From NCBI GenBank assembly GCA_021107945.1, contig JAIORV010000023.1:56885-120884 (forward strand): DNA of 64,000 bases, read 5' to 3'. The notes beneath the pieces were generated by a model. The model did not search any database. It was not told the DNA's origin and saw only the letters and a program-made list of their open reading frames with translations. Made by a program: the position numbers and the translations under genes. The DNA is from Vulcanimicrobiota bacterium (GTDB lineage: Bacteria; Vulcanimicrobiota; JAJTBE01). Positions 1-9,604 of this stretch are shown here, piece by piece; the first letter of the stretch is position 1, and every line of letters begins with the position of its first letter.

Positions 1-2
1 AC

Positions 3-941
3 CTTCAAAAGATTGATGGGATCGTATTTCTTGATGGCGAAGAAATTGTAAAAACTCCACCTCGTCCGACTTTTCGATTTCTTGACAGGATTCCACATCC
101 TGACAGGAGCTTATACAAAATTCGCTCTGGACATCATTACATCAGCACATCCAGGGGATGCCCCTTCCATTGCCTTTTTTGCGCTCCAAAGTTAATGTGG
201 AAAACGAGCAGATATTTCACGACTAATTATGTCATACAGGAGATAATTAACATAATAGGGTTATACGGCACCTCGTTTACAAACCTTTCGGTAGTTGATG
301 ACCTGTTTATTGCAAACAAGAAAAGGCTCAGGATGCTGCAAAAATGGTTTTTTGAAACGGGAATATCCGAGGCGATAATCTCACAGGCAAATGTAAGAGC
401 GGATCTGATTGATGATGAAATGGCGGAGATTCTGTCAGATATGAATTTTCGCACTGTGAATTTCGGGGCGGAGTCGGGATCCGACAAAATATTGAAATAT
501 TACAATAAGAAAACGACGGTTGAAGATAATCAAAGGGCGGTTGACATTTTATATAATCACGGAGTCATGGCGATTCCATCATTTATAATTGGCGCACCTG
601 TGGAAGCAAAAGAGGATTTCGAGGCAACGATTGATTTTATTGAAAAAAACCATAAAAAGCTTGCCGGGTTCGAGATATTCCCGCTTATACCGATGCCCGG
701 GTCTCAGTTGTGGGAATATGCAAAAGAAAAGGGAATCGTTAACAACAACATCGAGTGGGCAAGACTTGAGCCACTGCTCCTTGACTTTAATCCCGACAGC
801 TACTTCTACATGGTGGAGGAGGTTTCAAAAAAGACATTCCTCGATTATGTGAAGAGATTCCAGGAGTTGTATGCGAAGTATAATCCAAAAGCGATGGAAT
901 TCAGGAAGATGCTGGAAGAGATGAAGTCGCAGAATGGATAG
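3..941 (+). CDS. Radical SAM protein, 5' end outside the window
   Basis: The frame is open from the window edge. The Fe-S motif GCPFHCLFC (CxxxCxxC) is encoded at 156-182. The rest matches track ORF 195..941. Confidence 0.8.
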   Translation, partial: LQKIDGIVFLDGEEIVKTPPRPTFRFLDRIPHPDRSLYKIRSGHHYISTSRGCPFHCLFCAPKLMWKTSRYFTTNYVIQEIINIIGLYGTSFTNLSVVDDLFIANKKRLRMLQKWFFETGISEAIISQANVRADLIDDEMAEILSDMNFRTVNFGAESGSDKILKYYNKKTTVEDNQRAVDILYNHGVMAIPSFIIGAPVEAKEDFEATIDFIEKNHKKLAGFEIFPLIPMPGSQLWEYAKEKGIVNNNIEWARLEPLLLDFNPDSYFYMVEEVSKKTFLDYVKRFQELYAKYNPKAMEFRKMLEEMKSQNG

Positions 942-1109
942 TGGAGGCCGGAAAGCAGAGGTGAGGGTATCGAAAAACCTTAAATTTTCGGTTAGTTTCT
1001 GCGAATTTTGCGATGAATTAATAACTCAATATGATAATTACTTGGATAGAAAGCTTATTTAAAAGTGTTTCATCCACGTCCCCTGATTGCGAAGTGGTTT
1101 TTCTTCTTG

Positions 1110-1170
1110 TTAAGCCGCTGAAGCGGCTTAAGGGAATGGGGCTTTACATCAAGCCGCTTCAGCGGCTTAA
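1110..1170. repeat. Two GC-stem tetraloop hairpins (TTAAGCCGC-TGAA-GCGGCTTAA and AAGCCGC-TTCA-GCGGCTT)
   Basis: Perfect inverted repeats at 1110-1131 and 1151-1168. The same stem occurs with complementary loops. They belong to a hairpin family also seen at 36913-36956 and 56531-56576. Confidence 0.7.
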
Positions 1171-1238
1171 AGCTAAGAACTTTCTTTCAAGAAGATTCCC
1201 ACAAAGAAATATAACTGGGCATTTTAGGTTAAATACTG

Positions 1239-2051
1239 TTATTCATAAACATTAAAGTTTTTCATCTTTTTTATCATTAATTTTATATGGCGCATGTTCT
1301 TCTCGCCGGGATCTACCTTGCCGTATGGACTGCCGTTGACATAATCAAGAACTTCCGGAGTCCTTTTCCTGTCCATATATGCGACATCCTGATGTGAATA
1401 AACCTTCGAGAGGGGAATTCCATACCTGTTCATGAGATACTTTACGAGATAGGCGCATGTTTTCATCGTCTTTTTCTTCTTTTGAAGGTGATTTGCATTT
1501 AACGCCACCATCTCGATATTAATCGCCACATGATTTATTCCGTAACATCCCCTTGACCTGACATTGTCGGGCAGGATCCTCCATATTTTCTCGCCGTCTA
1601 TGACATAATGAGAAGCAAGCCCGGGTGTTTCGCCTGCTGACCTCTTGCTGTTGACAAGGTTCCAGGGGAAGCCGGACATTGCTGTGTAGTGAAGCACGAT
1701 TACCCGGGGATTTAATACAGATGTATTTTGCATATAATGCCTTCTTGAATATGCCACGATCTGCGGTTTCCACGCTTTCAGGTCTCTCATCCTGCTCTTG
1801 TCAATCTTAATTTTTTTCCGAGCTGAGCCTGACTGACACATTAATATCGCTTTCCCATTTTTATTTCGTACAAATCCCGATCCTGTTACAGTAAGTGGTT
1901 GAAACGGAGCTGATTTCAGGGAAGACTGTATTCTTGTGCCGTAAGACCCATACGGGATTTGTGTGAGTATAAAGAATAGGATCATGGGTAATATGCACAA
2001 AATCACGGGTTTCCTGATAAAGTCTCCGGGGATTTTAAAGTAAAGCTTCAT
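1239..2051 (-). CDS. N-acetylmuramoyl-L-alanine amidase (Amidase_2 / AmpD-PGRP fold), membrane-anchored
   Basis: Motifs VIVLHYTA, HYVIDGEKIW, GINHVAINIEMV, YSHQDV and KVDPG. I place the start at ATG 2051 (GGAG 9 nt upstream). The longer track ORF to 2174 runs through a repeat element. Confidence 0.85.
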   Translation of the reverse strand: MKLYFKIPGDFIRKPVILCILPMILFFILTQIPYGSYGTRIQSSLKSAPFQPLTVTGSGFVRNKNGKAILMCQSGSARKKIKIDKSRMRDLKAWKPQIVAYSRRHYMQNTSVLNPRVIVLHYTAMSGFPWNLVNSKRSAGETPGLASHYVIDGEKIWRILPDNVRSRGCYGINHVAINIEMVALNANHLQKKKKTMKTCAYLVKYLMNRYGIPLSKVYSHQDVAYMDRKRTPEVLDYVNGSPYGKVDPGEKNMRHIKLMIKKMKNFNVYE

Positions 2052-2085
2052 GAATATTGACTCCAGTTGAAAATAATAGTAAGTA

Positions 2086-2147
2086 TTCACCGCAAAGACC
2101 ACAGAGATTAAAAATAATTTTCTTTGCGTTCTTTGCTTCTTTGCGGT
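2086..2147. repeat. Inverted pair of the 9-nt-periodic purine-heptamer element (TTCACCGCAAAGACCACAGAG ... CTTTGCGTTCTTTGCTTCTTTGCGGT)
   Basis: Purine arm 2086-2106, AT spacer, pyrimidine arm 2122-2147. The family recurs at 13 or more loci (see findings). Confidence 0.8.
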
Positions 2148-2196
2148 TTTATTAATATTCCAATAAAACGACATTACCTATTGAAAAAGTTAAACC

Positions 2197-4077
2197 CTAC
2201 GGTGACATTTTTTTTCGATATATGTAAGCTGAATTCCCCCCGGGAAGATGGAACTCAGCTATCGGGACCATATTCTTACCCTTTTTAATCCAATTGTCCT
2301 TCATATACCCGGTAAGTGAGTCCGGGGTTTTATCAGGGCTCTTTCCCGTTGTTAACAGGATCATGTATATCACATCAGGCGAGACCGATTCCCATGTGAT
2401 ATCCATATCTGCACCCGCTCCGTCCTCAACCTCAACAATCTCATCTGTGGGCTTGCTTTCTCTCCCGATATCATCCCTGACAGGAGCAATATAATACATT
2501 ACAGACGATTCGCCGATATTTTCCCTGAGGTTTATATCTTCCGGAAAAATATATATCTTCTCGCCGGGAGAAAGCCCCGTCGAAAAATGATACATCAAAA
2601 CCAGGGGCTTCATTCCCGCGGCGTCACATCTGTTATACACCACAAAAAGCCCGGATTCGCCGGGTTTGTAATTCTCTCTGAAATCATTTATCGCTGTATT
2701 AATAATTTCTCCGGTCTTCCAGTCCTCATCGGAAGGTCTGGCAATCTTTATCCCGGGGAAGATATTTTCGACGGATTCCGGGAGAATAATCCATCCTGAC
2801 CATGTTAAAAATGAAATTGCCAATAATGGCAGAAGGATTATGGTTCTCAAAGCTTTAGACTTTATTGAAAATATCCAGAATACGGCGAAACCTGATAGAA
2901 GCCCGGTCAGGGGGATGAAATATCTTGTATCATATATGGGCTGAAGTGCAAATATCAACATTGCCGACAGCGAACTCCATAACAACAGGTTTTTATCTCC
3001 TGTCCTGTTTCCACGGATGAGATAATAGACAATTCCGATTATTATGAATATAAGTATGGGTATCCCCACATAATCAATCGCAAAAAATTTGACAAGGAAA
3101 TGATAGACAGATCTTGTTGATGCGTGCTTCTGAATTTCCGACCCTCCCCAGAACCTGCCCATGTATGTTTTTAAAAGGAACTGAAAAGAGAAAAGATAGA
3201 AATGGTTTGTGATGACCATGAAAAGAATCGATCCCGACAGGAGATTGCCCTGAGGAGTGCCTCTTAACCTTGATTTGAGTGAAAATAAAATGAGAGCGAT
3301 AATCCCTGCTACGGTTACGATTATATAGAAAATCCAGAATGTATCCGGCGGCGGATATCCGAGGTCATCTTTTCCAAGAAGAAATACGATTCCAAAAAGA
3401 ATGAAATATGAAATAAGCGGGGCAAACAGCCAGAGGAAATCTTTTTTGCCGGTTCCTGTATCATCATCTGTTTTTCTTATTGTTGAGACAAGCACAATTA
3501 AAAACGGGACAATCATGAAAAACACAAACGCCCATTTGATAATCATACCAACTCCACATGCAATAAAAAACAGGATTGCATACTTTCCGCTTTTGAAATT
3601 GTCGGAGAGAATCAGCAAATACATCGCCCATACAATAGCGGCGGCAAGCGCAATGTCGATATTGTTTATTAATGAATAATGTGTTATTCCCACAAATCCC
3701 GGTGGTAGAATTGCGGCGATAAGTCCGGCGTCCCGGTTCCATAAACGGGATACAAGGAAATATGTGCCGAACATGAGCAAGACAATAAAAGAGGTGTTGA
3801 GCAGTGCAGACGAGAGAGTAATATCGCCGGTGACAAGCGAAAGCATCGCCGTTAATTGATGAAAGAGGTTGGGGTAAAGCTCCCTGACAAGCATGAAGGA
3901 GGGAATGTCAATCGATCTGAGGCTCTGACAATGAGACGATGCGTTAAAAAGATGGGCGGCATCGCTTATGAACGTGCCTCCCCTATCCTTCAAGATCCAA
4001 CTTATTGTGAGAACAAAAAAAAGAATCGAGATGCCGGATAGAATTGCCGGGTATATGATTCTTTTTTTGATGTTCAT
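2197..4077 (-). CDS. Polytopic membrane protein, GT-C fold glycosyltransferase-like (ArnT/PMT-like) with a C-terminal soluble domain
   Basis: 626-aa ORF with more than 10 hydrophobic segments followed by a roughly 200-aa hydrophilic C-terminus. The family assignment rests on architecture only. Confidence 0.5.
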   Translation of the reverse strand: MNIKKRIIYPAILSGISILFFVLTISWILKDRGGTFISDAAHLFNASSHCQSLRSIDIPSFMLVRELYPNLFHQLTAMLSLVTGDITLSSALLNTSFIVLLMFGTYFLVSRLWNRDAGLIAAILPPGFVGITHYSLINNIDIALAAAIVWAMYLLILSDNFKSGKYAILFFIACGVGMIIKWAFVFFMIVPFLIVLVSTIRKTDDDTGTGKKDFLWLFAPLISYFILFGIVFLLGKDDLGYPPPDTFWIFYIIVTVAGIIALILFSLKSRLRGTPQGNLLSGSILFMVITNHFYLFSFQFLLKTYMGRFWGGSEIQKHASTRSVYHFLVKFFAIDYVGIPILIFIIIGIVYYLIRGNRTGDKNLLLWSSLSAMLIFALQPIYDTRYFIPLTGLLSGFAVFWIFSIKSKALRTIILLPLLAISFLTWSGWIILPESVENIFPGIKIARPSDEDWKTGEIINTAINDFRENYKPGESGLFVVYNRCDAAGMKPLVLMYHFSTGLSPGEKIYIFPEDINLRENIGESSVMYYIAPVRDDIGRESKPTDEIVEVEDGAGADMDITWESVSPDVIYMILLTTGKSPDKTPDSLTGYMKDNWIKKGKNMVPIAEFHLPGGNSAYIYRKKMSP

Positions 4078-4140
4078 TCCAATAATCTTATTATTCCATA
4101 TTCTTTCGCTTTTCCTTTTATTTACCCCGAAAGGTCACTT

Positions 4141-5253
4141 CTAATTTATATTAATAGTCGTTCTATCCGCGAAATCCGCTCCCCGTACGACGATGTAGCC
4201 ACCGCTTCTGGTAATGGTTATATTGTTCGCCGGGTCAAACGGATCAAGGATTCTCTTGGTATTTCCACTATCTATTATCTGGATTTGCCGCCCCGGAAAA
4301 GGGAAGTCAATTGTTGTAACGCTCCCCGACTTTCTTATGTAAGCGTTTCCAACCGTATCAGGCGATTGAACGATAGTAGTGTTCCCCTGCTTTGTGACGT
4401 AAGACCTACCGAAGGGAAACGGGTGATCTATTGTGGTTCTGTCGCCCCTTTTCTCGATGATGGTCCTGTTACCTGCTCCTGCCTGGTAGACCTCGGTGCG
4501 ATCGTCATTCTGCCGGATAAAAGTGTTTCCCGGCCAGGAAAACTGGTTGATGACCACCTCGTCACCGCGTTGCGTTACCTCTGTCAGGTTCGCTCCCGGC
4601 CGCGCGAATGTGACCCTGTCCTCCGATTTCGTGACGTTGGTGTTCGCTCCCGATCCTGAGCTGTTAATATAAATGTGCCGGTAATCCTGGCTTTTCATCT
4701 TGAAAGGATTGAATGTGATTCCCCCGGACAGATCATAAAACAACCCGTCCCCAAGGTCAACACCCACCATTGACATTGGCAATGCTGAATTTCCCTCCGC
4801 CGACTCGTTCTTCCTCATACTGGTGATGGGAACCCGCAAAGCGTCAGTCATTTCAATATTGTCATATTGTTTGAGGGCTATTTCCCTTCCCTTGACAACC
4901 CCTTCGCTTTTTTCCACTTTCCCCGGCCCGGCTGAAAGGGAAAGGTTGCCCATCGCCTGTTCAAAAATCTCTTCGGGCAATGGAAAACCAGAAATGGCCG
5001 AGTTTATCCCGGCAATAGGCACGCCGCAATCAGATAATGAAACGCCCTTTGGAAGCTTGCTCTTAAACAGATTGCCCCCGGTTCTCCTGACTTTTTCAGG
5101 AAGTCCGGGAGATTCCGATTCCTTGTCGCCATGCGTAAGGCGATCTTTTGGAGTGGTTTCCTTATCGCCCGATTTGACTTCTTTTTTCTCCTTTTCTGCG
5201 GCAGGATATTTACCGGAAGGAAGCTCAAAAGATCTAACCCTGGAAATGTCCAT
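4141..5253 (-). CDS. Hypothetical protein with C-terminal beta-strand repeats
   Basis: Long ORF. AAGGAGA lies 8 nt upstream of ATG 5253. Reiterated roughly 20-aa motifs (TTIDHPFPFG / TTIDFPFPG, GNT..I). No signal peptide. Confidence 0.6.
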   Translation of the reverse strand: MDISRVRSFELPSGKYPAAEKEKKEVKSGDKETTPKDRLTHGDKESESPGLPEKVRRTGGNLFKSKLPKGVSLSDCGVPIAGINSAISGFPLPEEIFEQAMGNLSLSAGPGKVEKSEGVVKGREIALKQYDNIEMTDALRVPITSMRKNESAEGNSALPMSMVGVDLGDGLFYDLSGGITFNPFKMKSQDYRHIYINSSGSGANTNVTKSEDRVTFARPGANLTEVTQRGDEVVINQFSWPGNTFIRQNDDRTEVYQAGAGNRTIIEKRGDRTTIDHPFPFGRSYVTKQGNTTIVQSPDTVGNAYIRKSGSVTTIDFPFPGRQIQIIDSGNTKRILDPFDPANNITITRSGGYIVVRGADFADRTTININ

Positions 5254-5737
5254 GATCATTATCTCCTTTGTTTATTGGTGGCAATTTAAATATAATTTCG
5301 GGCGAATATTCGCTCAAACTAAAAATGCGTTAAAACCCATTATGATTATAATCCTTTTGAATTATGAAAACAATGCAAAGTTTGTTAAATCCATGTTAAT
5401 ATATGGCGGCTGAAATTATTTGGACAGGCTATTATTCACAACTGAGGACGCGGAGTTTGCTGAAAATCACTTTTCTCCACCGTCAATCATTAATCCCGGT
5501 TCCTGATAAAGGATCCAACACCATATCACCTGTATTTGAATATCTTCTAATTAACCGGCGTGGAAGTTCAGTAAAGAATTTGAAGAGTATTTATGTAAGG
5601 TATGAGTTAATATTGACTGAATCATAAAACATAGTAAATCTGATAAATTGTATCCGAAATCTTTTTTTAAACGCGGATATCGGTTATCCTCCGCAGACCA
5701 ATTTGGACATTAGTTTTTTGAAACACTTCTGAAATTA

Positions 5738-6235
5738 TCATCTATAGATATTCAGATTGCTTTTATATTTAGCTTTACCACCGGCAAAGAAAACAGCGGT
5801 TTGAACCATGGGAGAGGTCATTCCCAATGCCTCTTGCATGCCAAACTCGGTAATTTTACAGACTGTTCTTTCCTTACCAAGCCCCAGGAAGCCTTTTTCT
5901 TGAGTAACTTCAAATGTGGTGTTCAAATCTTTTGCCGTGTCTGTTTTGTCGGTAATTCGACCGTTGGCTAAAACATCAATTCCTTTTAAGTGAAGAGACA
6001 TTGTCTTTAAATTTTTATCCTGAGTAAAAGATGCTTCTCCCTTGAAGTTATCGCCCTTAAGGGCAACTTCCCCTTTTTCTTTGTTAAAGTCAACACCATC
6101 AACATTGTCTTGCGAAAGCATTTTTGCCGACAGAGAATCAAATTGCTTTTTCATAATCATTGCATTCTTATGAGCATTTGAATCCCTCGCCAAAGTGAAG
6201 TCATCGACTTCCCCGGTATTTACATTAATATACAT
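5738..6235 (-). CDS. Hypothetical protein (165 aa)
   Basis: ORF with AAGGTGG 5 nt upstream of ATG 6235. No recognisable motif. Confidence 0.5.
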   Translation of the reverse strand: MYINVNTGEVDDFTLARDSNAHKNAMIMKKQFDSLSAKMLSQDNVDGVDFNKEKGEVALKGDNFKGEASFTQDKNLKTMSLHLKGIDVLANGRITDKTDTAKDLNTTFEVTQEKGFLGLGKERTVCKITEFGMQEALGMTSPMVQTAVFFAGGKAKYKSNLNIYR

Positions 6236-6424
6236 CTTTTCCACCTTATTAAATTATATGGCAATTATTATTGTTGCCTAAGCACATTTTACAATTTAGG
6301 TAGCTATCAGTCAATAGACAAGATGTAACAAATTATAATAAAATTGTTAACATTTTATCAGAAAAGGGATCTGCTCGTCTCGCCTGTTCTTTAATGCGGC
6401 CAACCTGTTGTTTGTAAAACTGTA

Positions 6425-6457
6425 ATACGGGGAAGAGCGATGAACTCTTCCCCGTAT
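6425..6457 (-). terminator. Stem-loop terminator downstream of the aminotransferase gene
   Basis: 13-bp perfect stem ATACGGGGAAGAG/CTCTTCCCCGTAT with a 7-nt loop, about 40 nt after the stop. A TTTT run follows on the minus strand. Confidence 0.6.
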
Positions 6458-6494
6458 ATTATGACTTGAATATTGTATCGTGAATATTATAGCT

Positions 6495-7682
6495 CTATTT
6501 CACTTTTAACGGCAGTTTTTTCAAAGATTTCTCCATCCAGGAAAGGGCTTTCTCAATATTCTCAACGGAATTAGCATATGAGAATCTGAGGTATCCCTCG
6601 CCATACTCACCGAAATCTGTCCCGGCAAGGCATGCCACTCCGGCGTCGTTTAGCATATGATCAGCCAACTCACTGCTCTTTACGCCCGTTCCCTTTATAT
6701 TTGGGAATACATAGAACGCGCCTTTGGGTTTCCGGCAAGTGAATCCGGGGAGCTTGTTCAGTCCGTCAACGAATACATCTCTTCTCTTCTTGAACTTTGC
6801 AACCATTTTATCCACCTCATCCTGAGGACCGGTAAGAGCTTCGATTCCCGCTGTCTGCACAAATGATGCCGTGCAGGAAACAGTGTTCAACATCAGGTCT
6901 GACATAGCTTTGATTATATGTTTCGGGCCTGCGCCGTAACCCAGCCTCCAACCTGTCATTGCATACGTTTTTGAGAAGCCGTCCATCAGTATTGTATGCT
7001 CTTTCATGCCGGGGATCTGTGTTATTGATGCGTGCTCACCGTCATATATCATTCTTGAGTAGATTTCATCGGAAAAAACGATCAGGTTGTATTTTTTAAC
7101 GACCTTTGCAATTTCCTCATAATCCTCCATTGTGAGGAATCCACCGGTTGGATTACTGGGAGAGTTAAGGAATATCATTTTGGTTTTATCCGTGACTCTG
7201 TTCTTGAGATCATTGACATCAAATCTGAAACCCTTCTCCTCGAGTACCGGCACGGGAATACACTTTGCACCGACAAAATTGATAAACGAGGCGTATGCGG
7301 GATATGTGGGATTCGGAAGAAGCACTTCGTCTCCCGGGTCAAGAAGCGCCAGGATAGCTGTTATAATGATAGGCTTACCTCCGGGACCTACGACGATTTC
7401 GGTCGGGTCGTATTGCACTCCTCTTGTTTTTTTCAGGTAATCTGCAATAGTTTTCCTCAAATCCATTGTTCCGCTGGAGGGTGTGTAATGATGGTGTCCA
7501 TGATCCAACGCCCACTTTGCTTTATCGACGATGTTTTGTGGTGTATCAAAATCGGGCTCACCAATCTGAAGATGAATAATCTCCTTACCCTGAGCTTCAA
7601 GCTCCTTTGCTTTTGCCAGGACAACAAATGCGCCCTCGGTTCCCAGGCTGGACATTCTTTCTGCTAAATCCATTTTTATCAT
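6495..7682 (-). CDS. aspC: Class I PLP-dependent aspartate aminotransferase
   Basis: PLP-lysine motif SKTYAMTGWRLGY, plus LNSPSNPTG and a typical 395-aa length. AAGGAGG lies 9 nt upstream. Confidence 0.85.
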   Translation of the reverse strand: MIKMDLAERMSSLGTEGAFVVLAKAKELEAQGKEIIHLQIGEPDFDTPQNIVDKAKWALDHGHHHYTPSSGTMDLRKTIADYLKKTRGVQYDPTEIVVGPGGKPIIITAILALLDPGDEVLLPNPTYPAYASFINFVGAKCIPVPVLEEKGFRFDVNDLKNRVTDKTKMIFLNSPSNPTGGFLTMEDYEEIAKVVKKYNLIVFSDEIYSRMIYDGEHASITQIPGMKEHTILMDGFSKTYAMTGWRLGYGAGPKHIIKAMSDLMLNTVSCTASFVQTAGIEALTGPQDEVDKMVAKFKKRRDVFVDGLNKLPGFTCRKPKGAFYVFPNIKGTGVKSSELADHMLNDAGVACLAGTDFGEYGEGYLRFSYANSVENIEKALSWMEKSLKKLPLKVK

Positions 7683-7890
7683 GATGAAAAACCTCCTTAA
7701 ACTATTTTAAATTGTAAGTAAATCAGCAATTCAGAGAGATTGAAAGTCTATGACCCATGATATGAAACTCCCCCAACACCTGAGCTTGCTTTTTCACAAA
7801 AATCCTTTCTCTTTGTTTTCGATCTATCCTGCTTGTATATAAAAGACTAATTTAAATGTAGCGATTTTGGGTGGAAGCCGGCCTCCCGAC

Positions 7891-7960
7891 CGGCACGAAG
7901 TCATGAAGAATACTGAGTTTTTTAATAAATTCTTCGTGCACTCCATGGCTCCGTGGTGAA
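7891..7960. repeat. Inverted pair of the purine-heptamer element (CACGAAG/CATGAAG flavour)
   Basis: CGGCACGAAGTCATGAAGAAT, AT spacer, then ATTCTTCGTGCACTCCATGGCTCCGTGGTGAA. Confidence 0.75.
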
Positions 7961-7993
7961 AAAATCGCATTCCGCCCCGTTCTCCGTCATACG

Positions 7994-8050
7994 TTTTCCA
8001 TTCTCCATTCTCCATATTCCTTTTATCGGGACGGGGACGTCCCTCCTACA
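7994..8050. repeat. Heptamer (TTCCATT) array fused to the palindromic word TATCGGGACGGGGACGTCCCTCCTACA
   Basis: The same composite occurs at 13268-13330, 23048-23160, 61494-61525 and 61629-61660. Confidence 0.75.
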
Positions 8051-8076
8051 TTATGACCAATCAAAATGTATAATTA

Positions 8077-9165
8077 CTACTCAAAATGTATATTTTTCTT
8101 GTTGCCCAATATGTCCTCAAGAATCACGGTCACACCTTTGCCCTCAATGACAGGCTGTCTATTCTTGTCATACCTTGAGAAATATAAATACCCGTTGACC
8201 ACCTGATTGGGATTCAATGCCTTGTCAAGGATCTCGTCATAATGATCCGCTTTGAGACGTTTTCCTTCCTTGCCTTGAAGGTAGAAATGCCAGGGAAATG
8301 GTGCAAACTGGACTGCCCCGGGTCCCGGATTTACTATTTTTACCTGAAAAACGTAGAATTTATCCAGCCCTTTTTGACGATATATGTTTTCCCTTACCAA
8401 TTTTACCCTTCTGGGATCCTGGACAACTTCCTTGTATGCGTAATATGAGGCGTATGCGTTAAGGTAATCGGCATCCCAGTATGTAATCTCCAGTTGAACA
8501 TGCCTCACCCTCTTTGGATTCATCGAGCTCTTGTAACTCGCATATGAGCCATATGCATATGAAGCGGCGTACCAGGGGTTGACTGAGGCATATTGCCCGG
8601 CAAAAACGATGGTGGAGAGAAAGTTGTATGTGTCAAAAACATTTATTTTAATTGTTCCTCCCGACCCGCGTTTAAAACGAAGAACTTTTGTCTTTTTCTT
8701 TACAATATCCTTGAAGTCCCCGGAAACCTTCTTCTCATATTCCTTGATTTTCTTCTGATATTCCTTTTTCTTCTTGAGCTTTTCTTTTTCAAGTTCTTCG
8801 TCTGACATCGGCGGCTCATCTTTCTTCCCGATATCACCGCTGGATTTTTTCTCTTCCGGTTTATCAAAAGGTATATCGCTAAAAACATCTCCCAGGTTCA
8901 CCTGATTGCCCCCAACAAGCTCTTCAACACGACAAGTTGCATTGTAATCGTCAACCTGAATTACTTTTATAGTGGCGATGGGCTTACTCATCCTGGTTAC
9001 GTAATAAACCGTCATCGGTTTTATCTGTTTGTTTAATCCCTTGTTAATTACCACATTGCCATTTGGATATACTTTTGTGATCATTCCCTCCATGGCAAAT
9101 GACGGGATTGTTATTATAAGAAGCAGAATTATACAAAGACATACAAAAAAACAAACTTTCTTCAT
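8077..9165 (-). CDS. Secreted or lipid-anchored hypothetical protein with a K/E-rich linker
   Basis: N-terminal signal-like MKKVCFFVCLCIILLLIITIPSFA. 362-aa ORF. GGAGG upstream. Confidence 0.65.
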   Translation of the reverse strand: MKKVCFFVCLCIILLLIITIPSFAMEGMITKVYPNGNVVINKGLNKQIKPMTVYYVTRMSKPIATIKVIQVDDYNATCRVEELVGGNQVNLGDVFSDIPFDKPEEKKSSGDIGKKDEPPMSDEELEKEKLKKKKEYQKKIKEYEKKVSGDFKDIVKKKTKVLRFKRGSGGTIKINVFDTYNFLSTIVFAGQYASVNPWYAASYAYGSYASYKSSMNPKRVRHVQLEITYWDADYLNAYASYYAYKEVVQDPRRVKLVRENIYRQKGLDKFYVFQVKIVNPGPGAVQFAPFPWHFYLQGKEGKRLKADHYDEILDKALNPNQVVNGYLYFSRYDKNRQPVIEGKGVTVILEDILGNKKNIHFE

Positions 9166-9604
9166 ATGTAAACGACCTCCATTAATAATTTTCCTACCGA
9201 TTCCCCTACTTTTTTATAATTCTTGTATAATAATTAATATGTGTTATCATATGCAATTATAGAAAGGTAAAGGCTGAATGAAAACTTCCTTTGAATCGGG
9301 TTTGAATGATTTCATTCAGATTATAATTATAACATGAACAATAGTCCGGTGGCAATGCACCGTGAAGTAGTTTATTGAAACAAAGGATATGTATCCGTGG
9401 AATAGAAATGTATTTCTTAAATATTTTTGGGTACAACATTAATATACGAAATCCTGGAATATTCCAAATGAAATCAGGCTGTATTTGAAAAGTTTTTTCA
9501 ATTATTACACATCCTATATCCCCTCTCTCCGAGTTGGGGATAAAAAGATCGGAATTTTACCTGATGGTTATTTGAAATATTTCTATAGAATCAAGGAGTT
9601 TATT

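Noticed and set aside
7824-8150. Small ORFs 7824..8015 and 7953..8150
   Set aside because: They are composed of translated heptamer and palindromic repeat words (MENGEWK.., ..FPFSILHIPFIGTGTSLL). The region is intergenic repeat DNA.
9485-9604. Track start 9485 for the ankyrin gene, and track start 40469 for the small membrane gene
   Set aside because: Better-supported internal starts exist. TTG 9605 lies 6 nt after AAGGAG and gives a proper signal peptide. ATG 40523 avoids overlap with the preceding gene's 3' end.
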